From assembly GCA_965203325.1 (NCBI GenBank), contig OZ241875.1:3968001-4032000 (forward strand): a stretch of 64,000 bases of DNA, given 5' to 3'. The position numbers and the translations under genes were made by a program. Below the pieces are notes generated by a model. That model worked only from the letters and a program-made list of their open reading frames with translations, searched no databases and was not told the origin of the DNA. Origin of the DNA: a bacterium. GTDB taxonomy: Bacteria > UBA8248. Each line of letters opens with the position of its first letter. The stretch's first letter is position 1. Shown here piece by piece: positions 49,362-59,804 of this stretch.

Positions 49362-50914
49362 CCGCCTAGTCCCTCGAGTGCGGCGGCAGCGGCGAGACAC
49401 GCCTCGGCGTGCGTATCCGCCACCAGGACGCCGGCCTCTCGTAACCTCGCGCGCTGCGCCTTCAGACCCTGCGGGTCGCCCTCTGTGCCCGTCACCGAGC
49501 CGATGAACAGGACACCGGGACTCGACTCCTGGGTCTCCACAATCGCCTTCGCCGCCTCTCCCGCCGGGTCTTCATGCGCGCCGAGACCCAGCACCACGTC
49601 GAAGAGCACGACCGCCGTTTCGGGGTCCCCCGCTTCCTGAACGATGCGCGCGCTTCTGGGCGCGGGGTCGATCATGGGATGGGGTTTCCCCCGCGTAAAG
49701 AGGTCGTCGCCCATGTCCACGACCGCGTGGCCTTCCGATTTCCGGGGGTCGGGCATTTGTCCGCTTATTTTATCGAGGGGCGCGTTGGAGGAAATCCCCG
49801 GAATAAATTCGCCGATTATCGCCTGCGCCTCGGCGCACAGCGTCCCGCCCGTGTAGACGCCGCGCAGGAACCGGCGGCCATGCGCGCGCGCGTGGCTCCA
49901 TCCGGCGATTCTCTCTCTCGCATCGGAGTCGAGTTCAGGAGCCGCCGGGTTGGCCCGTCCTCCGCTCAGCGAGACGGCGAGCCGCCCCGCTTCGGCGAGC
50001 GAGTCCGGCGCGTAAAGACCGAGATGCACGAGGATATCCTCGTTCCAGTCCCCGACGAAATGAACGACGGCGGGTTTTCCGCAAGTGGCCGTTGCTTCCA
50101 GTATCTTCCCCAAAGCGGCGGGTTCGGGCGGTTTTCCGAGTACGAGGAGAACCTCCGTCGCCGCATCCTCGCTCAAGGTCTCGATCGCCTGGATCATGGC
50201 GAGGCCGCCGACGGCGTCGGTGACGTCGCGCCCCCCTGTTCCCAGCGCGCAGGTGATTCCCCCGCCCGAGGCGTCGATGGCGGCCATGGCCTCCTGAATC
50301 CCCGTTCCCGCAGCGCCGACGATACCGATTCCGCCGGGACGCACCACGTTGCAGAAACCTAAGCCCACGCCTGCGATGTGCGCCGTGCCGCAGTCGGGGC
50401 CCATGACGAGCAAGCCCTTATCGCGCCCAGTTTGCTTGAGCGCCACCTCGTCTTCCACCGATACGTTGTCGCTGAAGATGAGGCAGTGGAGGCCTTTATT
50501 GAGCGCGCGTTCGGCCTCGCGGCGCACGCTCGGGCCGGGAACCGAGAAAAGGGCGAGGTTGATGAGCGGGTCTTCCCCGAGCGCCGCGTCGAGCGTGGGT
50601 GCGGAGAGGCTCGCGAGCGCTCCCGCTTCGCCGCTCGTGCGGGGAGCGGTGAGCGCCGCTTCCATGGCGGCGAGCTCTTCCTGCGCCGTCTGCGTGTCTT
50701 GCGCCTCGGCGACGAGGACGAGGTCGTTCGGGCCGGCGCCTTTCGCTTCTTGTGAGAGAAGGCCGCTCGATGCGAGTTGTTCCAGGTTCATTGGCGTGCC
50801 CATGAGGGCCGCCGCTTGCCTGATGTGAGTCTTCTCCGAGGCGGCGGCGCTGATTCGCATGAGCTTCACCGAATCGTGGTACGCGCCGCTTAAGACGCGG
50901 ACGGCCAGCGCCAT
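49358..50914 (-). CDS. fdrA: FdrA/YahF-like acyl-CoA synthetase-fold protein
   Basis: YHDSVKLM, MGTPMN, FSDNV, MGPDCGT, GTGGRD, GGTLCAEA and GKPHPMIDP motifs. Confidence 0.9.
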   Translation of the reverse strand: MALAVRVLSGAYHDSVKLMRISAAASEKTHIRQAAALMGTPMNLEQLASSGLLSQEAKGAGPNDLVLVAEAQDTQTAQEELAAMEAALTAPRTSGEAGALASLSAPTLDAALGEDPLINLALFSVPGPSVRREAERALNKGLHCLIFSDNVSVEDEVALKQTGRDKGLLVMGPDCGTAHIAGVGLGFCNVVRPGGIGIVGAAGTGIQEAMAAIDASGGGITCALGTGGRDVTDAVGGLAMIQAIETLSEDAATEVLLVLGKPPEPAALGKILEATATCGKPAVVHFVGDWNEDILVHLGLYAPDSLAEAGRLAVSLSGGRANPAAPELDSDARERIAGWSHARAHGRRFLRGVYTGGTLCAEAQAIIGEFIPGISSNAPLDKISGQMPDPRKSEGHAVVDMGDDLFTRGKPHPMIDPAPRSARIVQEAGDPETAVVLFDVVLGLGAHEDPAGEAAKAIVETQESSPGVLFIGSVTGTEGDPQGLKAQRARLREAGVLVADTHAEACLAAAAALEGLGG

Positions 50915-50934
50915 ATCAATCGCTCCCCGGGAGG

Positions 50935-51654
50935 CTAGTCGTCGATGATCGCCACCGCGCGAATGGGGGAGCCCGACATGCCCCGGAACTTGATGGGCAG
51001 CACCGAGAGCTTGAACCCGTGGGACTTGGGGATCAGGTTCAGGTTGATCATGTTCTCGATGTGGCAGTAGTCCTTCTCCAGCATGACCCGGTGGGCCTCC
51101 CAGTAGCTGCGCGTCTCGTGCATCTTCCATATCGGAACGTCCCAGCCGCTCGCGTCTATCCCCATCACGCGGATGCCGTTGTCGATGAGGTAGTGGGTCG
51201 CCTCGGCGCTCATGCCGGGCTGGTTCATGGTGTAGTCGGGGTTCGTCTGCCAGTCCACGCTCGCGTCGGTGCGGATGAGCACGATGTCGAGCGGCTTGAG
51301 GGTGTAGTCGATCTTCTGGAGCGCGCCTTCCACGTCCGCCGCCGTGATGGCGTAGCCCGATTCCCTGTCGGTGAAGTCGAGGACGACGCCGTCCGAAAGA
51401 CACCATTCGAGCGGGATGCGCTCGGTCGTGAAGGCGTCGGGGTTGTTGTGCCAGGGGGAGTCGATGTGCGTGCCCGTGTGGTCGCTCATGAAGATGACGC
51501 AGTGGTTCGTCACGATGGGGGCGCCGTAGTTAATCGAGCCCGTCCGCCTTGCCACGGTGTCCCAGTCTTCATCGACGGTGAGGGAGGGGCCGGGCAGGTC
51601 CGGGTAAATCGGCATGTCCCGGTATATTTCCATGCTCAGATCGATCAATTCCAT
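50935..51654 (-). CDS. Cyclase family protein
   Basis: DHTGTHIDSPWH, HIEN and GSPIRAVA motifs. Confidence 0.9.
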   Translation of the reverse strand: MELIDLSMEIYRDMPIYPDLPGPSLTVDEDWDTVARRTGSINYGAPIVTNHCVIFMSDHTGTHIDSPWHNNPDAFTTERIPLEWCLSDGVVLDFTDRESGYAITAADVEGALQKIDYTLKPLDIVLIRTDASVDWQTNPDYTMNQPGMSAEATHYLIDNGIRVMGIDASGWDVPIWKMHETRSYWEAHRVMLEKDYCHIENMINLNLIPKSHGFKLSVLPIKFRGMSGSPIRAVAIIDD

Positions 51655-51838
51655 CTCGGAGGTCTCCTTTTGGATGAAGAAAAGAAACGATCTCCATCTT
51701 GGGTGGTCGGTTCATTAGGGGAAGCGTTTGCAATGCGCGCATTATGTATGAACCCGAAGCGGCGGGCAACGCATCGGCTTTCGTCGGGTCGTGTCCGCCC
51801 GCAAGGGGAGGGAGGGTCAAACAGCCCCCTGCATGAAA

Positions 51839-52103
51839 ACCACCCCCCCCTACCCCCCCTTGACAGGGGGGTAAAAAAGGCCGACGCCCCGGCAAATGGA
51901 GGATATGAAAAAGGCGACGCCCACCGCCGGGCCAGGGGTTTTGTTTTTTCTTGCCCCCCTGACAAGGGGGGGTAGGGGGGGTTGCCTTTATCCCCTGAGG
52001 AGGGGGAGCTTTTTCAACAGCCCCGCATCAGTCGCGATTGCCCTTCGATACAAACGCTCCTTTCTCAGTCGCGTCTGACCTTCGGCGGCTACTCAGGGTG
52101 AGG
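51839..52103. repeat. REP/MITE cluster
   Basis: CCCCCCTACCCCCCTTGACAGGGGGG ... CCCCCTGACAAGGGGGGGTAGGGGGG, a TTTTTCAACAGCCCC end, and a split CCTTCGATAC...TACTCAGGGTGAGG unit. Confidence 0.8.
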
Positions 52104-52345
52104 GGTGTTGGGGACGGCTACTCGGGGTGAGGTTGATACGGCGGCTGCGCGCGACGAGGGGAACGGGCCGCAGGGAAAGGGGCTCGACGTTACATGCCGG
52201 AAACATGAAATCTGTATATTTTGAATTTGGGTATACATGAGGCATACTGGCGGAAAGCGACAAAGATAATACCTGAGTCTCCCGGGCAGCGACGCACGGA
52301 GACGGGTTTTCGCATTTTCACACCACATGCGGGGAGTGCGCCTTC

Positions 52346-53287
52346 TTGTCCCTCTTGTTCGACATATCCCTTTTCCAGCTCACGATGCTCATGATGGCCC
52401 CGCTCATCATCGCGTGCCTGGGCGAGACCATCATCGAGCGCTCGGGGATTCTGAACGTCGGCATCGAGGGGGTCGTGACGCTCGGTTCGGTGACAGGCTT
52501 TCTGCTCACCTACTACTCGGGCAGCGCGATCATCGGCTGCATCGTCGCGGCGCTCTCGGGGAGCGTCCTCACGCTGCTCCTGGCGTATTTCTCGATCACC
52601 CTGCGGGCGAACCAGATCGTCATCGGGCTGGGGATATTCGTCCTGGGGCTGGGGATATCGCCCACCATCTACCGGCTGGCGGTGGGCGTCGTGCAATCCA
52701 TCCCCCAGGTGCCGACGTTAAAGGAGATACACATCCCGCTCCTGGGGAGCATTCCCTTCATCGGCGAGATTTTCTTCGCGCAAAACGGACTGGTCTACAT
52801 GTCCTATTTCCTGGTGGCTGCGGTGAGTTTCTTCCTCTTCAAGACGCCGCTGGGTCTGAGGCTGCGCGCCTGCGGGGAGAACCCCCGTGCGGCGGACACG
52901 GTGGGGATAGACGTCGCCCGCATGCGCTACGGCGCGTGCGCCGTGGGCGGGCTGTTCCTGGGCGTGGCGGGCGCATACCTGCCGCTCGTGATCTCGGGCT
53001 CGTTCACGGACAACATCGTGAACGGAAGAGGGTGGCTCGCCCTGATGCTGGTGATATTCGGCCGCTGGGTGCCGATATGGTCGTTCGTCGGCGCGCTGCT
53101 GTTCGCCTACGTGGACGCCTTCCAGTTCAAGGTCAACGCCCTGCCGCAGTTCGCCAAGATCATTCCGCCGCAATTCCTGCTCATGCTGCCGTACGTGTTC
53201 GCCATGATAGTTCTGGTTCAGGTCGCCCGGGGGGCGGAGAGCCCCCGCGCGCTGACGAGGCCATACGACCGTGAAGCCCGGGATTGA
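52346..53287 (+). CDS. ABC transporter permease (nucleoside/purine-type)
   Basis: ERSGILNVGIEG, ANQIVIG, GLRLRACGENP, GRGWLAL and MLPY motifs. Confidence 0.92.
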   Translation: MSLLFDISLFQLTMLMMAPLIIACLGETIIERSGILNVGIEGVVTLGSVTGFLLTYYSGSAIIGCIVAALSGSVLTLLLAYFSITLRANQIVIGLGIFVLGLGISPTIYRLAVGVVQSIPQVPTLKEIHIPLLGSIPFIGEIFFAQNGLVYMSYFLVAAVSFFLFKTPLGLRLRACGENPRAADTVGIDVARMRYGACAVGGLFLGVAGAYLPLVISGSFTDNIVNGRGWLALMLVIFGRWVPIWSFVGALLFAYVDAFQFKVNALPQFAKIIPPQFLLMLPYVFAMIVLVQVARGAESPRALTRPYDREARD

Positions 53288-53332
53288 CCCACGTCCGGGC
53301 AATCGTGCTTTCTCATCAAGGAGGAGTGTGAA

Positions 53333-54334
53333 ATGAAAACCAAATGGACACGCCGATTGTTCTTCGCCGCCGCCGCGCTCACGGCCCTGGCGCTGGCCGT
53401 ACCCGGCCCTGCCCTCGCCGCGAAGGCGCACAAGTTCGCCATCATCCTGCCCGGACCCATCGAGGATGCGGACTACAACTTCCGGGGCTACGAGGTGGCG
53501 CAGGACGTCAAGAAGATGTTCAAGATCGAAACCTCCTACTCCGAGCGCATCTCGCCCGCGGACGCCGAGCGGGTGGCGCGCGAGTACATCTCCTCGGGCT
53601 TCACCATCATCGGCTTCCACGGCGGGCAGTACGTCCGGCTCGTGCAGAAGCTGGCCCCGAAGTTCCCCGAGGTGACTTTCATCATGGAGAGTTCGGCGAA
53701 ATTCAAGGTTCCCAAGAACGTCTGGAACATTCACCGCCACTACTTCCAGGCCTTCTATCCCTTCGGCGTGCTGGCCGGCCTCGCCACGAAGACGAACAAG
53801 GTGAGCGTTATCGCGGGCATCCCGCTCCCGGACTTCAAGGCTTCCATCAACACCATCTCGGACGCGCTCAAGGCGACCAACCCCAAGGCGGAGCTCACCT
53901 ACTCCTTCACCGGAAACCAGAACGATCCGGTCAAGGCGCGCCAGACCGCCGACGCCATGATCGCGGGCGGCGTCGACTTCATCATCAACATGGTGAACCT
54001 CGGCGTGTACGGCGTGGTCGAGGCCGCCAAGAAGTCGAAGCGCAAGGTGCTGGTCACCACGTTCTACACCGACAAGACGGACAAGGCGCCCAAGCACTTC
54101 GCCGGCACGCTGATCATCGATTTCCGGCCGCCCTACCGCAAGGCCCTGGCGGGCATCCTGAAAGGATCGCCCGGGGGATACGTGCCGATGCAGCTCGGGG
54201 TCGGGTTCGAGATCACCTCTCTGGGCAACGTATCGGCCGAGGCGATGAAGCGGACCAAGGAGGCGTATGAAAAGGTGCGCGCCGGGAAGATCAAACCCCG
54301 GCTGGAGATGAAGAAGGTCATGTTGGCGAAATAG
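53333..54334 (+). CDS. BMP family ABC substrate-binding protein
   Basis: ILPGPIEDADYN, IIGFHGGQY and TKTNKV motifs; N-terminal signal with TRRLFF. Confidence 0.88.
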   Translation: MKTKWTRRLFFAAAALTALALAVPGPALAAKAHKFAIILPGPIEDADYNFRGYEVAQDVKKMFKIETSYSERISPADAERVAREYISSGFTIIGFHGGQYVRLVQKLAPKFPEVTFIMESSAKFKVPKNVWNIHRHYFQAFYPFGVLAGLATKTNKVSVIAGIPLPDFKASINTISDALKATNPKAELTYSFTGNQNDPVKARQTADAMIAGGVDFIINMVNLGVYGVVEAAKKSKRKVLVTTFYTDKTDKAPKHFAGTLIIDFRPPYRKALAGILKGSPGGYVPMQLGVGFEITSLGNVSAEAMKRTKEAYEKVRAGKIKPRLEMKKVMLAK

Positions 54335-54392
54335 GGCATGTGAGCGCCCCGCCCCAATCTTCCGGGCGGGGCGGGGCGCGAGAACGGAAGGC

Positions 54393-55943
54393 GTGATGAC
54401 GGAAAAAATGAGTTCCTGCGTCGAGATGTACGGCGTCAGCAAGTCCTTCGGGGAAGTCCGCGCCCTGGACGCGGTCGACTTCGAGGCCGCAGAGGGGGAG
54501 ATCCACGCCCTCCTGGGCGAGAACGGCGCGGGCAAGACCACGCTCATGAACATCCTGAGCGGCCTCTACCGCATGGATGAGGGGCAAATCGCGATCGAAG
54601 GGCGCGAGGTGGACATCCACTCTCCCCAGGATGCGATCGCGGTCGGCGTCGGGATGGTCCACCAGCACGTGGAGCTGATCGGCAACTTCACCGCGCTCGA
54701 GAACATCCTGCTGGGCCGCGAGGGTTCGCGCTGGCGGCTCGACGTCGAAGCCCGGCGCGGTTCGGTGGAGGAACTTGCGGCGAATTACGGCCTCTCCATC
54801 CCGCTGGATGAGGGGGTGAAGACCCTGCCTGCGGGCATCCAGCAGAAAGTGGAGATTTTGAAAGCCCTCTACCACGGCGCGGACATCCTGATCCTGGACG
54901 AGCCGACGACCATGCTGACCCCCCACGAGGTGGACGGGCTGTTCACCATCCTCAAGTCTTTCGCCAAGGGCGGGCTGACGGTCGTCTTCATCACGCACAA
55001 GATCCAGGAGGTGCTGGACAACTGCGACCGCATCACCGTGTTCCGAGGCGGGCGCAAGATCGACACCATCCCCCGCGAGGAGGCCACCCGCGAAATACTC
55101 GTCCAGATGATGATGGGCGAGCGCGGCATGCCGCCCGAGGGCGAGCGGCCGGCCGGACCCTCGGCGGCTCTGGAGGGGGGTCCCGCTCTGTCGGTGCGGG
55201 GGGTGCGCACCTCGGCGAAGTGGGGGGTGCCGCTCAAGGACGTCGCCTTCGACGTCCCCCGGGGGCTCATCGTCGGCATGGCGGGCATCTCGGGAAACGG
55301 CCAGAAGGAACTGGCGGAAGCCCTGGCCGGGTTGATCGAAACGGAAGAGGGGGAGGTTCACCTGGACGGTGAGCAAGTATCAAACCTCTCGGTGGCCGGG
55401 CGCATCGCGCGGGGGATGAGCCTCCTGCCGCAGGACAGGATAGAGGAGGGGATTCTGCCGGGCCTGAGCCTGGCGGAGAACTTCGTGCTCGGACTCCACC
55501 CCCACATCTTCAGGCGGCGCGGCGTGTTCGAGCGCGAGGCCGCCTTCGAGCTCGGCAGGAACGCGATTGCGGAATTCAACATCTTAGCTAGAAACGAGCA
55601 CGTGCCGGCCGCGCACCTCTCGGGCGGGAACATCCAGAAGACCATCGTGGCGCGCTCGGTCATGCTCGCCCACAAGACGGGCGGGAAGGTGATGATCGCG
55701 AACAACCCCACGCGCGGGCTGGACGTGATGGCCGCCTCGTTCGTGCACGGCCGGCTGCGCGAGCTTCGCGCGGGCGGGGCGGGCGTGCTGCTGATATCGG
55801 AAGACCTGGACGAGCTGTGCCTGATGAGCGACCGCATCGTCGTCATCTATGCGGGGGAGATTCTCGGCGCCTTCGACGGCCCCGAATACGACATCTACCG
55901 GATAGGCGCGCTCATGGCGGGCCACAGAGAAGAGGTTTCCTGA
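54393..55943 (+). CDS. ABC transporter ATP-binding protein (two NBDs)
   Basis: GENGAGKT, ILDEPT, LSGGNIQK, PTRGLD and ISEDLDE motifs. Confidence 0.95.
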   Translation: MMTEKMSSCVEMYGVSKSFGEVRALDAVDFEAAEGEIHALLGENGAGKTTLMNILSGLYRMDEGQIAIEGREVDIHSPQDAIAVGVGMVHQHVELIGNFTALENILLGREGSRWRLDVEARRGSVEELAANYGLSIPLDEGVKTLPAGIQQKVEILKALYHGADILILDEPTTMLTPHEVDGLFTILKSFAKGGLTVVFITHKIQEVLDNCDRITVFRGGRKIDTIPREEATREILVQMMMGERGMPPEGERPAGPSAALEGGPALSVRGVRTSAKWGVPLKDVAFDVPRGLIVGMAGISGNGQKELAEALAGLIETEEGEVHLDGEQVSNLSVAGRIARGMSLLPQDRIEEGILPGLSLAENFVLGLHPHIFRRRGVFEREAAFELGRNAIAEFNILARNEHVPAAHLSGGNIQKTIVARSVMLAHKTGGKVMIANNPTRGLDVMAASFVHGRLRELRAGGAGVLLISEDLDELCLMSDRIVVIYAGEILGAFDGPEYDIYRIGALMAGHREEVS

Positions 55944-55944
55944 G

Positions 55945-57009
55945 ATGGCGGCGGGCGTGAGCGAGAAGAAAAAGATCGCGATGGAGTTCGCCGTCACCTA
56001 CGCGGCGGCGGGGGCGCTGGCGCTCGCCTGCGGGGCCGTCTTCATCGTCGCCTTCGGCGGCGACGTGCTCGTCGCGCTCGGCACGGTGCTTCGCTCCTCG
56101 CTCGGCACGTGGGGCGGGTTCGCGCAGACGCTCAACAAGTTCTGCCCGCTCCTGCTCGGCTCGCTCGCGGTGGCCTTCGGGATGCGGGGCGGGCACTTCA
56201 ACATCGGCGTGGACGGGCAGATCTACGCGGGCGCCATCGGCATGACGGGCACGGCCTTCGCGCTCGAGGGCATGAACCTCCCCTGGCCGGTCTTCGTGCC
56301 CCTGGGGATTCTGGGCGGAATCGCCGGCGGGTGGTTCTGGGGCTTCATCCCCGGCATCCTGCGCGTGCGTTTTCAGGTGAGCGAGATTTTCGTGACGGTG
56401 ATGCTGAACTTCGTCGCGCTCTATCTAGTGGACTACCTCGCGAACGGCCCCTGGAACGATCCGCTCGCGGGAGAGGCCATCTCGCTCCCGATCCCCGACG
56501 CCTCGGTGCTGCCCCAGGTGATGCCGAGGGCCGGCGCGCACGCGGGCTTCATCATCGCGCTGGCGGCGGCGGTCGGCATGTACTTCTTCATGACGCGCAC
56601 CATCGCCGGCTACGAGATACGCGCGGTGGGCGACAACCCCCGCGCCGCGCGCTTCGGCGGCATCAACGTCGCGCGCGTCACGCTCATCATCATGCCGACC
56701 TGCGGCGCGCTCTCGGGTCTCGCGGGGGCCATCGAGGTCTCGGGCTTCCACCAGAGCCTGTTATTGGGCATCAGCGGTGCGGAGGGCGCCCCCAACTACG
56801 GCGCGATGGCCATCCTCATCGCCGTCATCGGGCGCAACAACCCGCTCGGCGTCACGATAGCCGCCGCGGTGTTCGCCGTGCTCGTCTCGGGTTCTGATTC
56901 CTTACAGCGCAGCATCGGCCTCCCCGGCGCGGCGGTGTTCGTCTTCCAGGCGATCATCGTGCTCACGGTCGTCTTCGTGCAGGCGCGGCGGAGCATCAAG
57001 GCGGGGTAG
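55945..57009 (+). CDS. ABC transporter permease
   Basis: FNIGVDGQ, SEIFVTVMLNF and GYEIRAVGDNP motifs. Confidence 0.92.
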   Translation: MAAGVSEKKKIAMEFAVTYAAAGALALACGAVFIVAFGGDVLVALGTVLRSSLGTWGGFAQTLNKFCPLLLGSLAVAFGMRGGHFNIGVDGQIYAGAIGMTGTAFALEGMNLPWPVFVPLGILGGIAGGWFWGFIPGILRVRFQVSEIFVTVMLNFVALYLVDYLANGPWNDPLAGEAISLPIPDASVLPQVMPRAGAHAGFIIALAAAVGMYFFMTRTIAGYEIRAVGDNPRAARFGGINVARVTLIIMPTCGALSGLAGAIEVSGFHQSLLLGISGAEGAPNYGAMAILIAVIGRNNPLGVTIAAAVFAVLVSGSDSLQRSIGLPGAAVFVFQAIIVLTVVFVQARRSIKAG

Positions 57010-57042
57010 GGGGGAGACCACCGCCAGCGAGATATGCAATTA

Positions 57043-57327
57043 CTTCCCCCTTGAGGGAATTCCCCACCGACGAAAGAAGGATTCACTCCCCCCTTGAGGG
57101 TCTGGCTTCCCGAGGGGAAAGCCAGACGATGAAGCCGAGCGTTTTTGCGAAGGCTGATGCGGTGGGGGGTAAAACGCGTTTTATCGCCATCCGAATTATC
57201 CCCCCCACCGATTCGCTTGCGGGCTTACGCCCTTACCTCATCGACTCCCCCTCAAGGGGGGAGTGAAGTCCATTCTACGGGGAGAGGGGTTGCGGTTTTG
57301 TAGGGGCGGTTCGCGAACCGCCCCTAC
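57043..57327. repeat. REP cluster
   Basis: CTCCCCCTTGAGGG family plus a GTAG REP. Confidence 0.8.
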
Positions 57328-57364
57328 GGGGTCGGTGGCCGGGATGACGAACGATGGCCTGCCC

Positions 57365-58468
57365 CTACACCGCCCGTACGACCGCCGCGACGGGGCCGCC
57401 GCCGGGAGGCCCCTGGTGTTCGGCACCGCCCGAGACGTAGGTCATCGTGTCGCCGACGATGGATGACACCACGGCGTTCACGACAGAGCGGGCGTGGCGC
57501 GTGTTGTTGATGTCCGAGTCATCGAGCATCGTGTGCCGCCGCCCGCGCACCAGGCCGTCGGGGGAGGCCTCGCACTTGGCGAAGACGTTCACGACGCGCG
57601 CGCGCTGCTCGGGCGCCAGCGACCACTCGAACGCGACCCCTGCGTTCACGATGGCCTCGCGCACGGCGTCGCGGTCGATGGCGTCTCCCATCACGCTGTG
57701 GCCGACGACGAGGTCGCCGCCCCAGGCCGCGCTGTTACCGATGACCATCGCCTCGTTGCACATGAGCTCGATTCCCGCCGAAGTCGAGGCGACGCCGGAT
57801 TGGAGCGACCAGTCCGCACAGATCACCTCATCGCTCAACCGGCTCTCGGCCACCTCGCCCGCCGCCAGGGCGACCCCCAGCGCCGATGCGCCGCGCGAGT
57901 AGCCCATCGATTTATACGTGTCCTCCGTGCAGACGCTCTCCCCGCGCCTGGCGGCGTCCGCCATGCGCTCGCCTGTCAAGAGCGGGCACTTCACCTGGAC
58001 GAAGTGCAGGTCTTCGGTGCTCTCGATCTGCGCCTCTTTCATGAGCCTTCGCACGAGGTTCGCCGTCGCGCGCACCTGCGCCATGCGGCCCATTTCTTCG
58101 GGCAGGAAATCCGCCGTGTGGCCCGAGGCGATGGCGAGGCGCTTGGCGCGCCCGTCGCCCGCGCCGTTCTCCGACTTCGTGAACACGGAAAAATGCGGGC
58201 ACATGACGCCTTCCGTTCCGCCGGACATGATAAGGGCGATCTGCGCCTCCACCTCCTCGCGGGTCTTGCCCATCGCGCGTGAGAAATAATCGAGCAGGAC
58301 GAAGTTGCTGAACCCGCGCGAGAAATCGTTCACGCAGCCGTTGCCCTCGGTCTTGCCCATGATGCCGACGACATCTTCCGCCCGGCATTCGCCCCCCTCG
58401 ATGAGAGCGGCCACGCCTGAGATGTCGTCGGGCGAGTCCATCGCCACGCGGAACAAGTCGGCCTGCAT
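57365..58468 (-). CDS. atzD: Cyanuric acid amidohydrolase-like ring-opening amidohydrolase
   Basis: KTEGNGCVNDFSR, MSGGTEG, QVKCPLLT, SMGYSRGASALG, STSAG, FAKCE, RHAR and YVSGGAEHQGP motifs. Confidence 0.85.
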   Translation of the reverse strand: MQADLFRVAMDSPDDISGVAALIEGGECRAEDVVGIMGKTEGNGCVNDFSRGFSNFVLLDYFSRAMGKTREEVEAQIALIMSGGTEGVMCPHFSVFTKSENGAGDGRAKRLAIASGHTADFLPEEMGRMAQVRATANLVRRLMKEAQIESTEDLHFVQVKCPLLTGERMADAARRGESVCTEDTYKSMGYSRGASALGVALAAGEVAESRLSDEVICADWSLQSGVASTSAGIELMCNEAMVIGNSAAWGGDLVVGHSVMGDAIDRDAVREAIVNAGVAFEWSLAPEQRARVVNVFAKCEASPDGLVRGRRHTMLDDSDINNTRHARSVVNAVVSSIVGDTMTYVSGGAEHQGPPGGGPVAAVVRAV

Positions 58469-58611
58469 CTTGCGTCCCCCTTTCGCAAAGGCGCGCGTCT
58501 GCGCGCTCGTGGATACCGGAATTTTTATGGGGAAAAACTAGCACCGCAGGGAGAGCCTGTGCAAAGGGTCAATCGCGACCGAGGAGGGAGCGATTGCAGG
58601 TTTTGTTGTAG

Positions 58612-58818
58612 CGGACAGGCCTCCGTGCCTGTCCGGGGTTGCGACCTGTCCGAAAGGGTCGCCGCTCTCGCCTTGAAAACCAACCCCCCTACCCCCCCTT
58701 GTCAGGGGGGTAAGAAAAATCAAAACCCCTTCTCCGGCGGGGGCGCATCGCCTTTTTATACCCCCCTGTCAAGGGGGGGTAGGGGGGGTTGCCTTTGTCC
58801 CCTGGCAAGGGGGGAGTG
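58612..58818. repeat. REP/MITE cluster
   Basis: CCCCCCTACCCCCCTTGTCAGGGGGG ... CCCCCCTGTCAAGGGGGGGTAGGGGGG. Confidence 0.8.
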
Positions 58819-58841
58819 AATGCCTCTCACGCGGCCCATCC

Positions 58842-59804
58842 TCACCTCTTATATATACAAGTCCCCGCATCCCCGCGCAGGGCGGGCACCGCATCCTCCA
58901 AAGCCGCGATGTGCACGCGCTCGCCGCCACCCTCGAGAAAGCGGATCGCCGCCTCTATCTTGGGGCCCATGCTGCCGGGCGGGAAGTGGCCCTGGGCGTG
59001 GTATCCCTTTATCTCGTCGAGGGAGATTCTTTCCAACTCGCGCTGCTCGGGCGTCCCGAAGTGGACGGCCACCCTCGGCACGGCGGTGAGGATCATCATC
59101 GTCTCGATCCCCAGCACGTTCGCCATGAGGGCCGAGGTCAAATCCTTGTCGATGACGGCGGCCAGCCCGCGCCGCGCGCCGTCGGCTTCGCGCACGACGG
59201 GGATGCCCCCGCCGCCGCCCGCGATGACCACCGCCCCGCTTTTGGCGATCGTCTCGATGAGCGAGATGTCCACGATGTGTTTCGGCGCAGGCGAGGGAAC
59301 GACGTGCCGCCAGCCGCGTCCTGCGTCCTCGCGGAACGTCCAGCCCATCTCGCGCTCATAGCGCCTCGCCTCTTCTTCCGTGTAGGTGTAGCCCACGAAC
59401 TTGGTCGGCGCGTCGAAGGCCGGGTCCGCCGGGTCGACCTCCACCTGCGTCAGGAGACACACCACGTGGCGGGGGTCACCCGCGCGCCTGAGCGCGTTCT
59501 CGAACGCCTGCATGAGGAGATAGGCGATGCCCCCCTGGCTGTGGGCGACGCAGATGTCGAGCGTCATGGGGGTGACCTGCTCGCTCGACATCGCCTGGCG
59601 CATGAGTATCTTGCCGACGACGGGGCCGTTCCCGTGCGTGATGATGAGTTCGTTTTTGAGCTGCAAGAGGGGGAGCAGGGCACGGCCGGTCGCTGCGGCG
59701 ATGGCGGCCTGTTCCGCCGCGGTGCCGCGTATCTCGGGCGGGTGGGTCGCGTTGCCGCCGACGGCGACGAGCAGGCGGCCTGGAAGATCGGGCGGGGGAG
59801 CCAT
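58842..59804 (-). CDS. arcC: Carbamate kinase
   Basis: VAVGGNA, THGNGP.VG, PTKFVG, VVPSP.P, GGGGIPV, VIDKD and GSMGPKI motifs. Confidence 0.93.
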   Translation of the reverse strand: MAPPPDLPGRLLVAVGGNATHPPEIRGTAAEQAAIAAATGRALLPLLQLKNELIITHGNGPVVGKILMRQAMSSEQVTPMTLDICVAHSQGGIAYLLMQAFENALRRAGDPRHVVCLLTQVEVDPADPAFDAPTKFVGYTYTEEEARRYEREMGWTFREDAGRGWRHVVPSPAPKHIVDISLIETIAKSGAVVIAGGGGGIPVVREADGARRGLAAVIDKDLTSALMANVLGIETMMILTAVPRVAVHFGTPEQRELERISLDEIKGYHAQGHFPPGSMGPKIEAAIRFLEGGGERVHIAALEDAVPALRGDAGTCIYKR

